Positions 55,677-64,000 of a stretch of DNA of 64,000 nt are shown here, one piece after another. Positions within the stretch are counted from its first letter, which is position 1, and every line of letters begins with the position of its first letter. The stretch lies in the NCBI GenBank assembly GCA_018221305.1, contig JAAOYK010000056.1, forward strand, positions 26,863 to 90,862, given 5' to 3'. The position numbers and the translations under genes are program-made. This DNA comes from Candidatus Pacearchaeota archaeon (GTDB taxonomy: Archaea; Nanobdellota; Nanobdellia; Pacearchaeales; GW2011-AR1). The notes under the pieces are model-generated. The model saw nothing but the letters and a program-made list of their open reading frames with translations, made no database searches and had not been told where the DNA came from.

Positions 55677-56846
55677 CTACTCCTTCACCATCCTTTCCAT
55701 TTTTAATACATACATACCAATAGTTTTCATTTGGCTTTTTAGGATATCTATTTCATTTTGCATAGAACTAACTTCTTCTTTTAAAATATCATTTTTATTT
55801 TCAGCCTTTACTAATCTCTTCTCAATCTCTGTTTTTGTTAAATCCATTAACATATCTTCCTCACTTATTGTATCACGCATCCCTAACATTTCGCTGTAAT
55901 AATGGATTTTATCTGATTTTTTCCAGCCAAATCTAAATTTTAGGGCAGATTCGGATTTATATCTTAATAACCAATAACAGCAACTGCAGTGCCTAAAATC
56001 ATACATTGTTAAATCTGAATATTTCTGTCCTGCAGGACTTTTCTCATCCCCTAAGATTCTTTTCCCTAATCTCTTCAGATAATTATTAACACTATAAGGA
56101 TTAATAGGAAATAGTTGATCATTTGGTTTTAAGTCCTTAACTTTAACATATTTTTTAATTAAATCAGAGCATAGCATTAACTTAATTTTCCTTCCAAAAG
56201 TTTTAGAAATTTCTTCTTTAATGTTCAATTCTTTAAAATCGTTTGATAGGTCTGAAACTCTTAAATTAACTAATTCGGTAGGACTTCTAATTCCTGTATC
56301 AAATAAAAACATAATTAAAATACTATATTCATATTTTGCTTCATCGCATAATTGCTTAATTTGTTCTTCTGTTAAATAAACCCATTCGGGTTTATCTCCC
56401 GTTGTATCTAAATATTGAGTTATGTCTGGAAGAGTTTGTCCTTCTTTATTCTTAATTTTTTGATACCAGTGCCAAAAAGCTTTATAGATTTTAGCATAAT
56501 CTCTAATGCTCTTGTATCTTTCACCATCCTGCCTTTTAACCTCTCCATTTCTCATGGCAGTAAAAAAAGAACATAGCTCATTTTCGCTTATTTCTGTTAA
56601 ATTTTTATTAAATTTAGTTTTAAAGTGCTTTGCTAAGAAAACCATACGATTTCTTAACGTGTTAAGCCGTGTGTAGCTTCTTGCCCCTTTTTTGTTAGAC
56701 ATAGAGATGTTTATGCCAAGTTCCATATCTTTTAGATATTGAAGAATTATCTCTGAATTTTCTTTAGACAAATCAGGGATTTGTCCCTGTATTAATTTTT
56801 TCCATCTCAAATACTTTTCTTTATTCTTATATGGATCGATCTTCAT
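55677..56846 (-). CDS. tyrosine recombinase / integrase
   Basis: Box I FLFDTGIRSPTELVNLRVSDL (catalytic Arg), box II YDFRHCSCCYWLL (R-H), then KIHYYSEMLG (candidate nucleophilic Tyr). N-terminal SAM-like core-binding region. Sits inside the tRNA-bounded element. Confidence 0.7.
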   Translation of the reverse strand: MKIDPYKNKEKYLRWKKLIQGQIPDLSKENSEIILQYLKDMELGINISMSNKKGARSYTRLNTLRNRMVFLAKHFKTKFNKNLTEISENELCSFFTAMRNGEVKRQDGERYKSIRDYAKIYKAFWHWYQKIKNKEGQTLPDITQYLDTTGDKPEWVYLTEEQIKQLCDEAKYEYSILIMFLFDTGIRSPTELVNLRVSDLSNDFKELNIKEEISKTFGRKIKLMLCSDLIKKYVKVKDLKPNDQLFPINPYSVNNYLKRLGKRILGDEKSPAGQKYSDLTMYDFRHCSCCYWLLRYKSESALKFRFGWKKSDKIHYYSEMLGMRDTISEEDMLMDLTKTEIEKRLVKAENKNDILKEEVSSMQNEIDILKSQMKTIGMYVLKMERMVKE

Positions 56847-56932
56847 CTTATTAGTCGTGTGTGTCTAGATGGAGCTTATTTTTAAATCTTGTCGAGAAGG
56901 AAAGGATGCGATGGGAGTGGTGGAAGAAGGGT

Positions 56933-57904
56933 TTATTTTTTAAGAAAGGGAAGGGTATTAGCTTCTTGTTCTCCTTCAATAAGTAATACATCAAGATTAG
57001 AAAATTCATTCTCTCCAAATAGCTCCTTTAACTTATCTATTTGACTTCTTAATTCAAATTCATTTTTATGAAATAATTGAATAAAACAATTCGGTTTAGA
57101 CATGGTCAAAAAAAGTGAATTAACAAATTGGGAAGATCTCGCAAAATTTTTTATTTTAGCTTGATTTTCTATAGATAAATTATTGAATTCCAAAGAAATT
57201 ATGGAAAAGAAGTATCCCAATCTTTTCATATCGAATAAAATTCTAGAGCCAAGAATAACTTTCTTTTGATACAACTTTTTTAATTTATATAAAACTAGTT
57301 CTGCAGAAAGATTTATTTTTTTAGCTATATCTATTATTTTAATTCTTCCATCTTCTTCTAAAATCCTTAGTATTTCTAATTCTTTTTGATCTAATTTAAT
57401 CTTCTTTGATTTTTCAGTTATTTCAATGCTCTCCTCCTTTTTATTTTTAAGGAATTTAAGGGGATATTTTTCAATAAAAAAAGGCTTTAAAATCAAATAA
57501 TCTAAAATTAAGCCTTTATCCCTGCCTAGAATGAAATTAAGAGAATCTCTAAAATCTTTCTCATCTTTAAAAATAAGATTCAAAAAGAGATCATATTTAT
57601 TAAAAACAGCCCCACTAGAGATACAATGTTTACTTTGCTTGAACTCTTTTTCAAAAGCCTTAATTTTCTCCTTATCTGAAAATTTTAAGAATAAGATAAC
57701 TAAATAATTATAACCTAAAGATTCATAATTAAAAAACGTTGCAAATTTCTTGATTATGCCTTTTTCCAAGTACTTTTTTATTTTATAGTCTACTTGTTCT
57801 CTAGATAATTTCGTTTCCTTAGCTATTTTTGTTAAAGACTCCCGATTATTGTGATACAAATATGAAATGAGTTTTATATCTAACGGTTTAAGAGATTTTT
57901 CCAT
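56933..57904 (-). CDS. tandem Lrp/AsnC-like regulator (paralogue of 35326..36291)
   Basis: Two Lrp-type HTH repeats (LDIKLISYLYHNNRESLTKIAKETKLSREQVDYKIKKYLEKGII and LDQKELEILRILEEDGRIKIIDIAKKINLSAELVLYKLKKLYQKKVI). Confidence 0.5.
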   Translation of the reverse strand: MEKSLKPLDIKLISYLYHNNRESLTKIAKETKLSREQVDYKIKKYLEKGIIKKFATFFNYESLGYNYLVILFLKFSDKEKIKAFEKEFKQSKHCISSGAVFNKYDLFLNLIFKDEKDFRDSLNFILGRDKGLILDYLILKPFFIEKYPLKFLKNKKEESIEITEKSKKIKLDQKELEILRILEEDGRIKIIDIAKKINLSAELVLYKLKKLYQKKVILGSRILFDMKRLGYFFSIISLEFNNLSIENQAKIKNFARSSQFVNSLFLTMSKPNCFIQLFHKNEFELRSQIDKLKELFGENEFSNLDVLLIEGEQEANTLPFLKK

Positions 57905-58026
57905 ATTTTTAATGTATATTTTTAGTATATAAAATTATCTATTAAATAAAGATTAAACTAAATTTATTTCTTTTATTCGTATTTTACCTAAGAATACTTT
58001 AAATATCTTTTAAATATAAGTCAATT

Positions 58027-58986
58027 ATGGCAAAAACTACATTAGTGGGACAAGTTGAATCGCAATTTGAACCTATCTCTAATCAGATCACGGAAACCGG
58101 AAGTTTGGCTAAATATGTTTCTGATTCTCTTATGGATAAAACACCTAGGATTTCTCCAGAGTTGTTTGGTCTATCAAGAAAAGCTAACCTTAATTTAACC
58201 CCTGAACAAGAAGGTCATATATGCAATGAATATCTTGGACATTATAGCCCCGCATTTACATACAGAATTAGCAGGGAAGATTTCAAATATGCCTTTTTAG
58301 ATTCAACAAAAATAAGTGTTGATGCAAAGATCCCTTACTTTGCTTATGCTATTCTACCAGATAATAAAGAAGTCATTTTCTCTAAATCTGCAATAATTAC
58401 TGCTTTAGATAAATTTGATATTTCAACAAGTAATAGGGATCATCCTTTCAAAGAGTATACCGATCTTGTCATAAGTCATAACAATCATTCTTCATCCTTT
58501 TCTGGATTAATCGAGGATAAAGATATAGATGGGAAAAACCTGAAGAAATATTCCTTCCCTTCAAAATCTTACGGAAATGTTAGCCTAGATGTTAATGCAA
58601 AATGGACAGCTCCATTCAAATTAGATGTCTTGACTAAAGTCCCAGAGATTCCAGAATCTTTTATAGCCCTTGGAGATGAAGCTATATCTGCCTACTATAC
58701 TGCCCTAAAAAACGCACCAAAAAAGTTAAGGCAAAAAACTTCTCTAATTTCCCCAAGAATAGGTGTATTGTGGGTTCCTAGCAACGCATCTTTATGTTGT
58801 GTCGGAAAAATTCCAAAGGCTAAATCACCCCCAAGAATAAAAGGAGATCCAATCCTAGTTTTAGACATACCTGACAAAGATAAAAGTCATAAACATGCTA
58901 TTGCCGCATGGAATATAGATGAAGAACTCCCATTTAAATATTGGATCACAGAATTTAGTGAAGGAGCACTGGGAAATATAAAATGA
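58027..58986 (+). CDS. hypothetical protein (island cargo)
   Basis: 319 aa, no motif recognised. Its stop overlaps the next ORF (ATGA). Confidence 0.35.
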   Translation: MAKTTLVGQVESQFEPISNQITETGSLAKYVSDSLMDKTPRISPELFGLSRKANLNLTPEQEGHICNEYLGHYSPAFTYRISREDFKYAFLDSTKISVDAKIPYFAYAILPDNKEVIFSKSAIITALDKFDISTSNRDHPFKEYTDLVISHNNHSSSFSGLIEDKDIDGKNLKKYSFPSKSYGNVSLDVNAKWTAPFKLDVLTKVPEIPESFIALGDEAISAYYTALKNAPKKLRQKTSLISPRIGVLWVPSNASLCCVGKIPKAKSPPRIKGDPILVLDIPDKDKSHKHAIAAWNIDEELPFKYWITEFSEGALGNIK

Positions 58987-59348
58987 TTTTTGGCGGTTTT
59001 GGAATTTCTGATTCTGAGGGTAGAAAAAAACTTTGCAAGGATAAAGGCAATCTTTTAAATGCGATAGCAGAACATGTAAAAGAACAGTCTACAAGAAAAA
59101 AACTTTCAGATAAGGATCCCTTTGTTCAGTATCTAATAGAATGCTCTGCAAGAGAAAAACTTTTGTTTGGAAAAGCATTAAAAGACTATGGAAATTACAT
59201 GGAATATTGTACTGCTAGAATTGAGGCAAGGTTGGTAAGAAATGCCCTTGAAGATTTTGATAAGGGAGATTATCAAAGTTCCAGAATAAAACCTTATCAA
59301 AGGTTTTTGATAGATATTATAGAAGGAAAAGACCCACAAATAAAATAG
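58983..59348 (+). CDS. hypothetical protein (island cargo)
   Basis: 121 aa, translationally coupled to the upstream ORF. Confidence 0.35.
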   Translation: MIFGGFGISDSEGRKKLCKDKGNLLNAIAEHVKEQSTRKKLSDKDPFVQYLIECSAREKLLFGKALKDYGNYMEYCTARIEARLVRNALEDFDKGDYQSSRIKPYQRFLIDIIEGKDPQIK

Positions 59349-59395
59349 CCAAAAAATAGCCCGAGTCCCATCAATTCATCACAACATAGAGGTCA

Positions 59396-59408
59396 TCGGC
59401 AGGGGCAT
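59396..59408 (+). repeat. putative attR: 12-13-nt direct repeat of the tRNA-Glu(TTC) 3' end (tcggcaggggcat)
   Basis: An exact 12-mer cggcaggggcat is shared with 51644-51655. The same 13-mer also occurs at 4967-4979. Confidence 0.55.
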
Positions 59409-59665
59409 TTTATCATCTTGAATGAATTGGGTGTTTTTTGTAAAAGTAAATTATTTAAACAAAGAAACTAATTTAATTAAGAGGTGTTATAATTGTAAAA
59501 AATCCTTTTAAAATAGTAAGGCTAAAAGAGCTTGAAACATTAATCTGTCTTTCCTCGAATCCAAAAAGATTTATCTTAAGAAAAAAAGATTTTCATAAAC
59601 ATTTAAAATTTGGAGATGCTATATTTTCTTTAAATTTACCACATAGAAAAGGAACCGGGGCCAAG

Positions 59666-60196
59666 GTGGTTATGAAAGTAACCAGATCCCGAATAAATCA
59701 TGTGGAAATGTATGTCGGAAGAGGAAAGGTAATCAACGGTCTTGTTAATCGAGCGTTCATAGATTATGAAAAATTAATGGACATGAAAAATCAAGTTCTA
59801 GTCGTATTAAGAGCAGATTTGTCCCCGATACAAAAAAAGAAATTACACCGAGTTGTGGATGAGGTATTAAAATCTAAACCTCGATATAATTTAAGGGGAT
59901 TAGTTGGCCATGCAATTTATAGGGCTACTGGATTTTTTCCTCGATGGCTAAACCGTACTGGGCGCTTTTTTTGTTCAGAACTAGTTTATGAATGTTACCT
60001 GAAAGCAGGATTTAAATTAGGCGAGCACGAACATAGCGAATTTGTTTCTCCTACTGATATGTTTGAGTCAGATAAACTCCAAATGATATTTTTATTAGAT
60101 GGTATTAATGGGATAAAATTGTCGCGAAAAACAAGGGATTCCAACAAAAAGATAAAAAGAGAAACTAAGAAATTATTATTAAAAAAAATCAAATAA
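59666..60196 (+). CDS. YiiX/DUF830-like permuted papain-fold (NlpC/P60 superfamily) protein
   Basis: INHVEMYVG (His), RFFCSELVYECY (Cys) and a lysine-rich tail. The order fits the permuted YiiX arrangement. Confidence 0.4.
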   Translation: MVMKVTRSRINHVEMYVGRGKVINGLVNRAFIDYEKLMDMKNQVLVVLRADLSPIQKKKLHRVVDEVLKSKPRYNLRGLVGHAIYRATGFFPRWLNRTGRFFCSELVYECYLKAGFKLGEHEHSEFVSPTDMFESDKLQMIFLLDGINGIKLSRKTRDSNKKIKRETKKLLLKKIK

Positions 60197-60284
60197 GTTC
60201 TATCAATTGATCGTAACATCCTATTATTTTGGACTAGTGACAAAAAATAAGTTTTATAAATGAATTCTAACTCTGCATATCGCT

Positions 60285-61082
60285 ATGAAGACCAAAACTA
60301 AGAAACAAGAAAGACTTGGAAGATTAACAGAACTAATCCAAGAATCTAAACCTCTATCTGGGGATAGAAAAGAAAAAATCAAATCTGCGGCAGCAGAACT
60401 GCTTGAAGAGGGTTGGTTATTCTGGGCGTATGAAGGATTCAGCCGGATTAATTCAAGGGAAGGATTGCTTCAAGTAATTAAAGAAGCTGACAAGAAACCT
60501 GATGCAGTAACTTTAAATGAAGCGACCGCATCATATATTGGAAGCGAGACATATCTAAGAAATCTAAACTGTTTCTATTCTTGGGCAGAAGAAATCGGAT
60601 TTCCAAACCGATATGCTTTTGAATTACCAAAAGTTCTAAAAATGGCATATTCCCTTTCACAAGAATATGATTTAGGGGTGGGAATTGCTAAGGGGGGACT
60701 TTATTCAACTTACGTTTTCAATTTAATGGGATTAGATGTAAAAGTTGCAGAATCGCATAAACAAGAAATTGGGGAATCTTTTAATTGGATAAGTCAATTT
60801 TCCCCATCAGACATTCAAAACAAGAGGGTTTTGGTCTTAGATAAAGATGTTGATGGTGGCAGAACAAGTAAAAAGGTTTTAGAAACATTACAAAAATATA
60901 AACCTCAGAAAATAAGCCTTGCTTTAAATATTGAACCCGTAGATGAAAGATTTTTTACTGGGGGGGGAACAATGATGTCTAATGTTCCAAGAGGATTTGG
61001 TGAAATTTATTATCCCTCAAAATTTAATTATCAGAATTTTGATGTTGCTGTTGAAATATTTTCTGATAAATTGCCGGTTTGA
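60285..61082 (+). CDS. phosphoribosyltransferase (type I PRTase) domain protein
   Basis: KRVLVLDKDVDGGRTSKKV matches the PRPP-binding motif (VLLVDDVLTTGGT). Confidence 0.5.
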   Translation: MKTKTKKQERLGRLTELIQESKPLSGDRKEKIKSAAAELLEEGWLFWAYEGFSRINSREGLLQVIKEADKKPDAVTLNEATASYIGSETYLRNLNCFYSWAEEIGFPNRYAFELPKVLKMAYSLSQEYDLGVGIAKGGLYSTYVFNLMGLDVKVAESHKQEIGESFNWISQFSPSDIQNKRVLVLDKDVDGGRTSKKVLETLQKYKPQKISLALNIEPVDERFFTGGGTMMSNVPRGFGEIYYPSKFNYQNFDVAVEIFSDKLPV

Positions 61083-61172
61083 TCATTTGATGATACCTTT
61101 TTCGTTATATTTATATAATTCTTTTTTGTTAATAAGGTATGAAACATAAAACAGAAAAAATAAGAAAATAAA

Positions 61173-61739
61173 TTATCCAATTGGAAGAAGTTTTTTTCTG
61201 CGAGATTCATTCAACACTTCTGCCATTGCAAGATATATTGCACTAAATCCGCAGATTATTCCCTCATAGCCTGCAACAATCTTTATCCATGCAATTCCAG
61301 TAAAGTCTCCTATTGCCAATAAAAAGAAAAGGATTGTCAAAGATAGAAAAACAAACTGTAATGCTTTGCTCTTTTTTAAAGTTCCAAAATACATGAATAA
61401 TGTAAAGATGCCCCACAGGCTAAGATATGCTCCCATGGCTATTTTTCCTGGTGCTTGTCCAAGTCCAAATTTTGGCATTACTATTAAAGCAACTAATGTA
61501 AGCCAAAATATTCCATAAGAAGTAAATGCTGTTGTTCCAAATGTATTTCCTTTCCTAAATTCTAAAACTCCTGCTATTATCTGAGCGATTCCTCCAAAAA
61601 ATATTCCCATTGCAAGAATCATACTGCCTAATGCAAAAAATCCTGCATTGTGCAAATTTAATAAAACTGTTGTCATTCCAAAACCCATTAGCCCTAATGG
61701 TGCTGGATTTGCTAATTTTACTACCTCTTTATTTTTCAT
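61173..61739 (-). CDS. satP: GPR1/FUN34/YaaH (SatP) family acetate/succinate transporter
   Basis: [14 protein letters not shown] is the family signature. 6 TM helices, 188 aa. Confidence 0.8.
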   Translation of the reverse strand: MKNKEVVKLANPAPLGLMGFGMTTVLLNLHNAGFFALGSMILAMGIFFGGIAQIIAGVLEFRKGNTFGTTAFTSYGIFWLTLVALIVMPKFGLGQAPGKIAMGAYLSLWGIFTLFMYFGTLKKSKALQFVFLSLTILFFLLAIGDFTGIAWIKIVAGYEGIICGFSAIYLAMAEVLNESRRKKLLPIG

Positions 61740-61837
61740 CGTTTTAATCTAATCTTATTTTTGAAAGTTAAGATTATATATAAGGTTAACTGTATTTTCA
61801 ATTTTTAAAACAAGCAACATTTTTTAAACTGTGAAAA

Positions 61838-62842
61838 GTGTTTTGTTTTATGGAAGATGTATATTTTTCTAAGAAAATAAAAAGCATACTTGATAATTTA
61901 GATTTGATGAGTCTTGGGAAAAATGTTGCAATAAAGGTTCATTTTGGAGAAAAAGGTTGTGATACGCATATTAGTCCTGAGGTAGTAAAGGCAGTATATG
62001 AGAAGGTTTTGTCATGTGGTAAGACGGCTTCGTTGGTTGAATGTAATACTCTTTATAAGGGAGAACGTACCACTAGTACGAATCATATTAAACTTGCAAA
62101 AGAACATGGTTTTGGTTTTGCTCCAATAGATATTTTGGACGGGGAATATGGGCAGGATTATGTTGAAATAAATGGTTGCAAGATCGGAAAAGGAATAAAA
62201 AAATATGATTCAATGATTGTTTTAACACATTTTAAAGGGCATATCATGGCCGGTTTTGGGGGCGCAATAAAAAATATTGGTATGGGGCTTGGAAGTCGAG
62301 CTGGGAAGCTTTATATGCATGCTAACATAAAACCTACTGTAAATAGTGAGGTCTGTACTGGTTGCGGGATTTGTGTAAAAAATTGTAATGAAAATGCAAT
62401 AACGATTATTGATGGTAAGGCATATATTGATCATGAGAAATGTGTTGGTTGTGCAATGTGTATTGCTGTTTGTCCTAATGAATCTATAGAAATCGCCTGG
62501 GATAGCCATACTGGGGAAGAAATTCAAGAAAAAACTTCTCAGTATGCAAACGGCGTGGTAAGTGCGTTTAAAAAGAATCAAATTGTTTACGTTAATGTCT
62601 TAGAAAATATAACTACTGATTGTGATTGTTTGGGTGAGAAGCAAGAGCCTATAATGAAAGATGTAGGTATTTTAATGTCAAAGGATATTGTTGCAATTGA
62701 CAAGGCAAGTTTGGATTTAGTAAGAAAGCATTCTGGTGATGAATTTGATCAAATTAATCTTATTAATAAAGATAATCAGATTAAGTGTGCTATTGAAAAC
62801 AATTTAGGATCTAGCAAATATAATTTAATTGATTTGGATTAA
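61838..62842 (+). CDS. DUF362-domain protein with an embedded 2x[4Fe-4S] ferredoxin domain
   Basis: CTGCGICVKNC and CVGCAMCIAVCP ferredoxin motifs sit inside a DUF362-like scaffold (VAIKVHFGEKG...FKGHIMAGFGGAIKNIGMG). Confidence 0.55.
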   Translation: MFCFMEDVYFSKKIKSILDNLDLMSLGKNVAIKVHFGEKGCDTHISPEVVKAVYEKVLSCGKTASLVECNTLYKGERTTSTNHIKLAKEHGFGFAPIDILDGEYGQDYVEINGCKIGKGIKKYDSMIVLTHFKGHIMAGFGGAIKNIGMGLGSRAGKLYMHANIKPTVNSEVCTGCGICVKNCNENAITIIDGKAYIDHEKCVGCAMCIAVCPNESIEIAWDSHTGEEIQEKTSQYANGVVSAFKKNQIVYVNVLENITTDCDCLGEKQEPIMKDVGILMSKDIVAIDKASLDLVRKHSGDEFDQINLINKDNQIKCAIENNLGSSKYNLIDLD

Positions 62843-62845
62843 AAT

Positions 62846-63457
62846 TTATAGGTCAATTCGTATCTTGATAGAATTAATAAGTTCGCCCATGTTTCGTCGC
62901 CGCCTTTTAGCTAATTGGTTTTCAAATGAAGCGTTCCAGTTTATGACATATTTTCGCCAGTTCCTATTTTCTAGCTTTTTTGAATGTTTGCCAAAAAATA
63001 CATTAATCTGTTTGTCAGTGAATGGATCTTTCCTGCTTTCGATAACCAAATGTGGGACCTCATTAAGGTATTTTTTGTTTAAAAGTGAATATGCAACCAG
63101 TGTGTGATGTCCATCAAAAATAAGCCATTCGTTTTTGTTTGTCTTGACTAACTTAATGTTTGGTATGCCTGACTTTGCAAAAACATGTCGGCCGCTTTCT
63201 ATTAATCTTACAAGGCGTTTTATTTTTTTTATTTTTAATCCGTTTTCATCATGAAGATTAATTATTTTTTTTATTTGAATCTCATCCTTAACTTTTGCTT
63301 TTGTACATTTAAATTTAGACTTTGCAAATATTTCGTCTTCAAAAAAGCCAAGAGCATCATAGATTGTTTCTTCATAAGGCGGCACCATTACTAAATCTGT
63401 TTTAAAAACAAAGTTGCCGATTAATGGAACAGCAAAGTAAACTAATTTTGAACCCAT
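62846..63457 (-). CDS. hypothetical protein
   Basis: 203 aa. Confidence 0.35.
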   Translation of the reverse strand: MGSKLVYFAVPLIGNFVFKTDLVMVPPYEETIYDALGFFEDEIFAKSKFKCTKAKVKDEIQIKKIINLHDENGLKIKKIKRLVRLIESGRHVFAKSGIPNIKLVKTNKNEWLIFDGHHTLVAYSLLNKKYLNEVPHLVIESRKDPFTDKQINVFFGKHSKKLENRNWRKYVINWNASFENQLAKRRRRNMGELINSIKIRIDL

Positions 63458-63554
63458 TTTGTAGATTTACAAAAAGAAATTAGCATTTAAAGTTATCTGT
63501 AGCAAGATTTCATTGAAAAACATTTATTAATGGCCTAGCTTTTGTAATCATAAG

Positions 63555-64000
63555 ATGAAAAAAGGGGATTTTGAAAAAAGAATTATTGTAGGGATTACTG
63601 CGTCTCCTAAAAATGGGAAAGGTTGGAAAAGACAAATTAGGGATATTTACAAATATGGCATAACTCGAGCAGCATTGTTTTTGGAATATATTTCTAAAGC
63701 AGATCGGGTTGTGCTTTACAAATTATTGCTTCATAGTCCAATTAAGGAAATACCCTTAGTTCATATAAGGTCTGATATAAGCAAGGATGAGATTGAGTTT
63801 TTTATTAAGAATTTTAAATCTAAATATTTTACGATTCATGAATCTGATTTTAAGGTATTAAAGAAGTGGAAAGGCGTGCAAAAAAAGTTGTATTTAGAAA
63901 TGAATTTTGATGATGCTGTGTCAAAAAGTGTTAAAGTAGAAAGGATAGGAGGATTTTGTGTTGACTTGGCACATTTTAAAGCGTCAAGTAAAGAAAGAAC
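63555..64000 (+). CDS. hypothetical protein, truncated at the window end
   Basis: ATG at 63555 (MKKGDFEKRIIVGITASPKNG...). Open to the end of the window. Confidence 0.3.
   Translation, partial: MKKGDFEKRIIVGITASPKNGKGWKRQIRDIYKYGITRAALFLEYISKADRVVLYKLLLHSPIKEIPLVHIRSDISKDEIEFFIKNFKSKYFTIHESDFKVLKKWKGVQKKLYLEMNFDDAVSKSVKVERIGGFCVDLAHFKASSKER

Larger units (their letters stand above)
51655..59408. mobile_element. putative ~7.8 kb integrative element inserted at the 3' end of tRNA-Glu(TTC)
   Basis: An intact tRNA at the left boundary and an exact 12-nt direct repeat of its 3' end at the right boundary. A tyrosine integrase lies inside. Cargo proteins are Lys/Asn/Ile-rich, implying lower GC than the flanking housekeeping genes. 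Cargo is unrelated to the surrounding core genes. Confidence 0.6.

Noticed and set aside
62222-62581. 119-aa minus-strand ORF
   Set aside because: It is antisense inside the DUF362/ferredoxin gene.

Overview
This is an AT-rich (roughly 30% GC) archaeal chromosomal segment. Archaeal markers include split PheS/PheT, RpoE'-Spt4-S24e-S27ae, Elp3, an archaeal-type pilin and two intron-containing tRNAs. The gene content suggests a small-genome DPANN/Nanoarchaeota-like organism. Most of the window is housekeeping: pheST, pgk, pyrH, uppP, hisS, a GluRS, an arcTGT core, a P-type Ca2+-ATPase, rhomboid, GDPD, SatP and scpA. Seven tRNA genes are present: Gln-CTG, Glu-CTC, Thr-GGT with an intron, Trp-CCA, His-GTG, Ile-TAT with an intron, and Glu-TTC. 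Many small membrane or secreted proteins and transcription regulators (TrmB, DUF134, tandem-Lrp) fill the rest. The standout is a ~7.8 kb lower-GC insertion immediately 3' of tRNA-Glu(TTC), spanning 51655-59408 and closed by a 12-13-nt direct repeat of the tRNA 3' end. It carries a tyrosine integrase, a TcmP-like protein paired with a three-Cys-motif radical-SAM-like protein, two PD-(D/E)xK nuclease-like proteins (one zinc-ribbon, one membrane/coiled-coil), a tandem-Lrp regulator and two unknowns. I read it as a candidate uncharacterised DNA-modification/defence-type module on an integrative element. Other things worth a second look: an extra copy of the same att core at 4967; a duplicated tRNA-Gln 5' fragment at 2957 bracketing a 1.1 kb insert; nested inverted repeats enclosing a 90-aa ORF between pgk and pyrH; a degenerate receiver fused to a lactate/malate-dehydrogenase-like domain; a UAU-anticodon tRNA-Ile; and an in-frame TGA followed by a Cys-rich extension. 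No CRISPR array or rRNA was seen. All calls are from reading the sequence and translations only, with no database searches.
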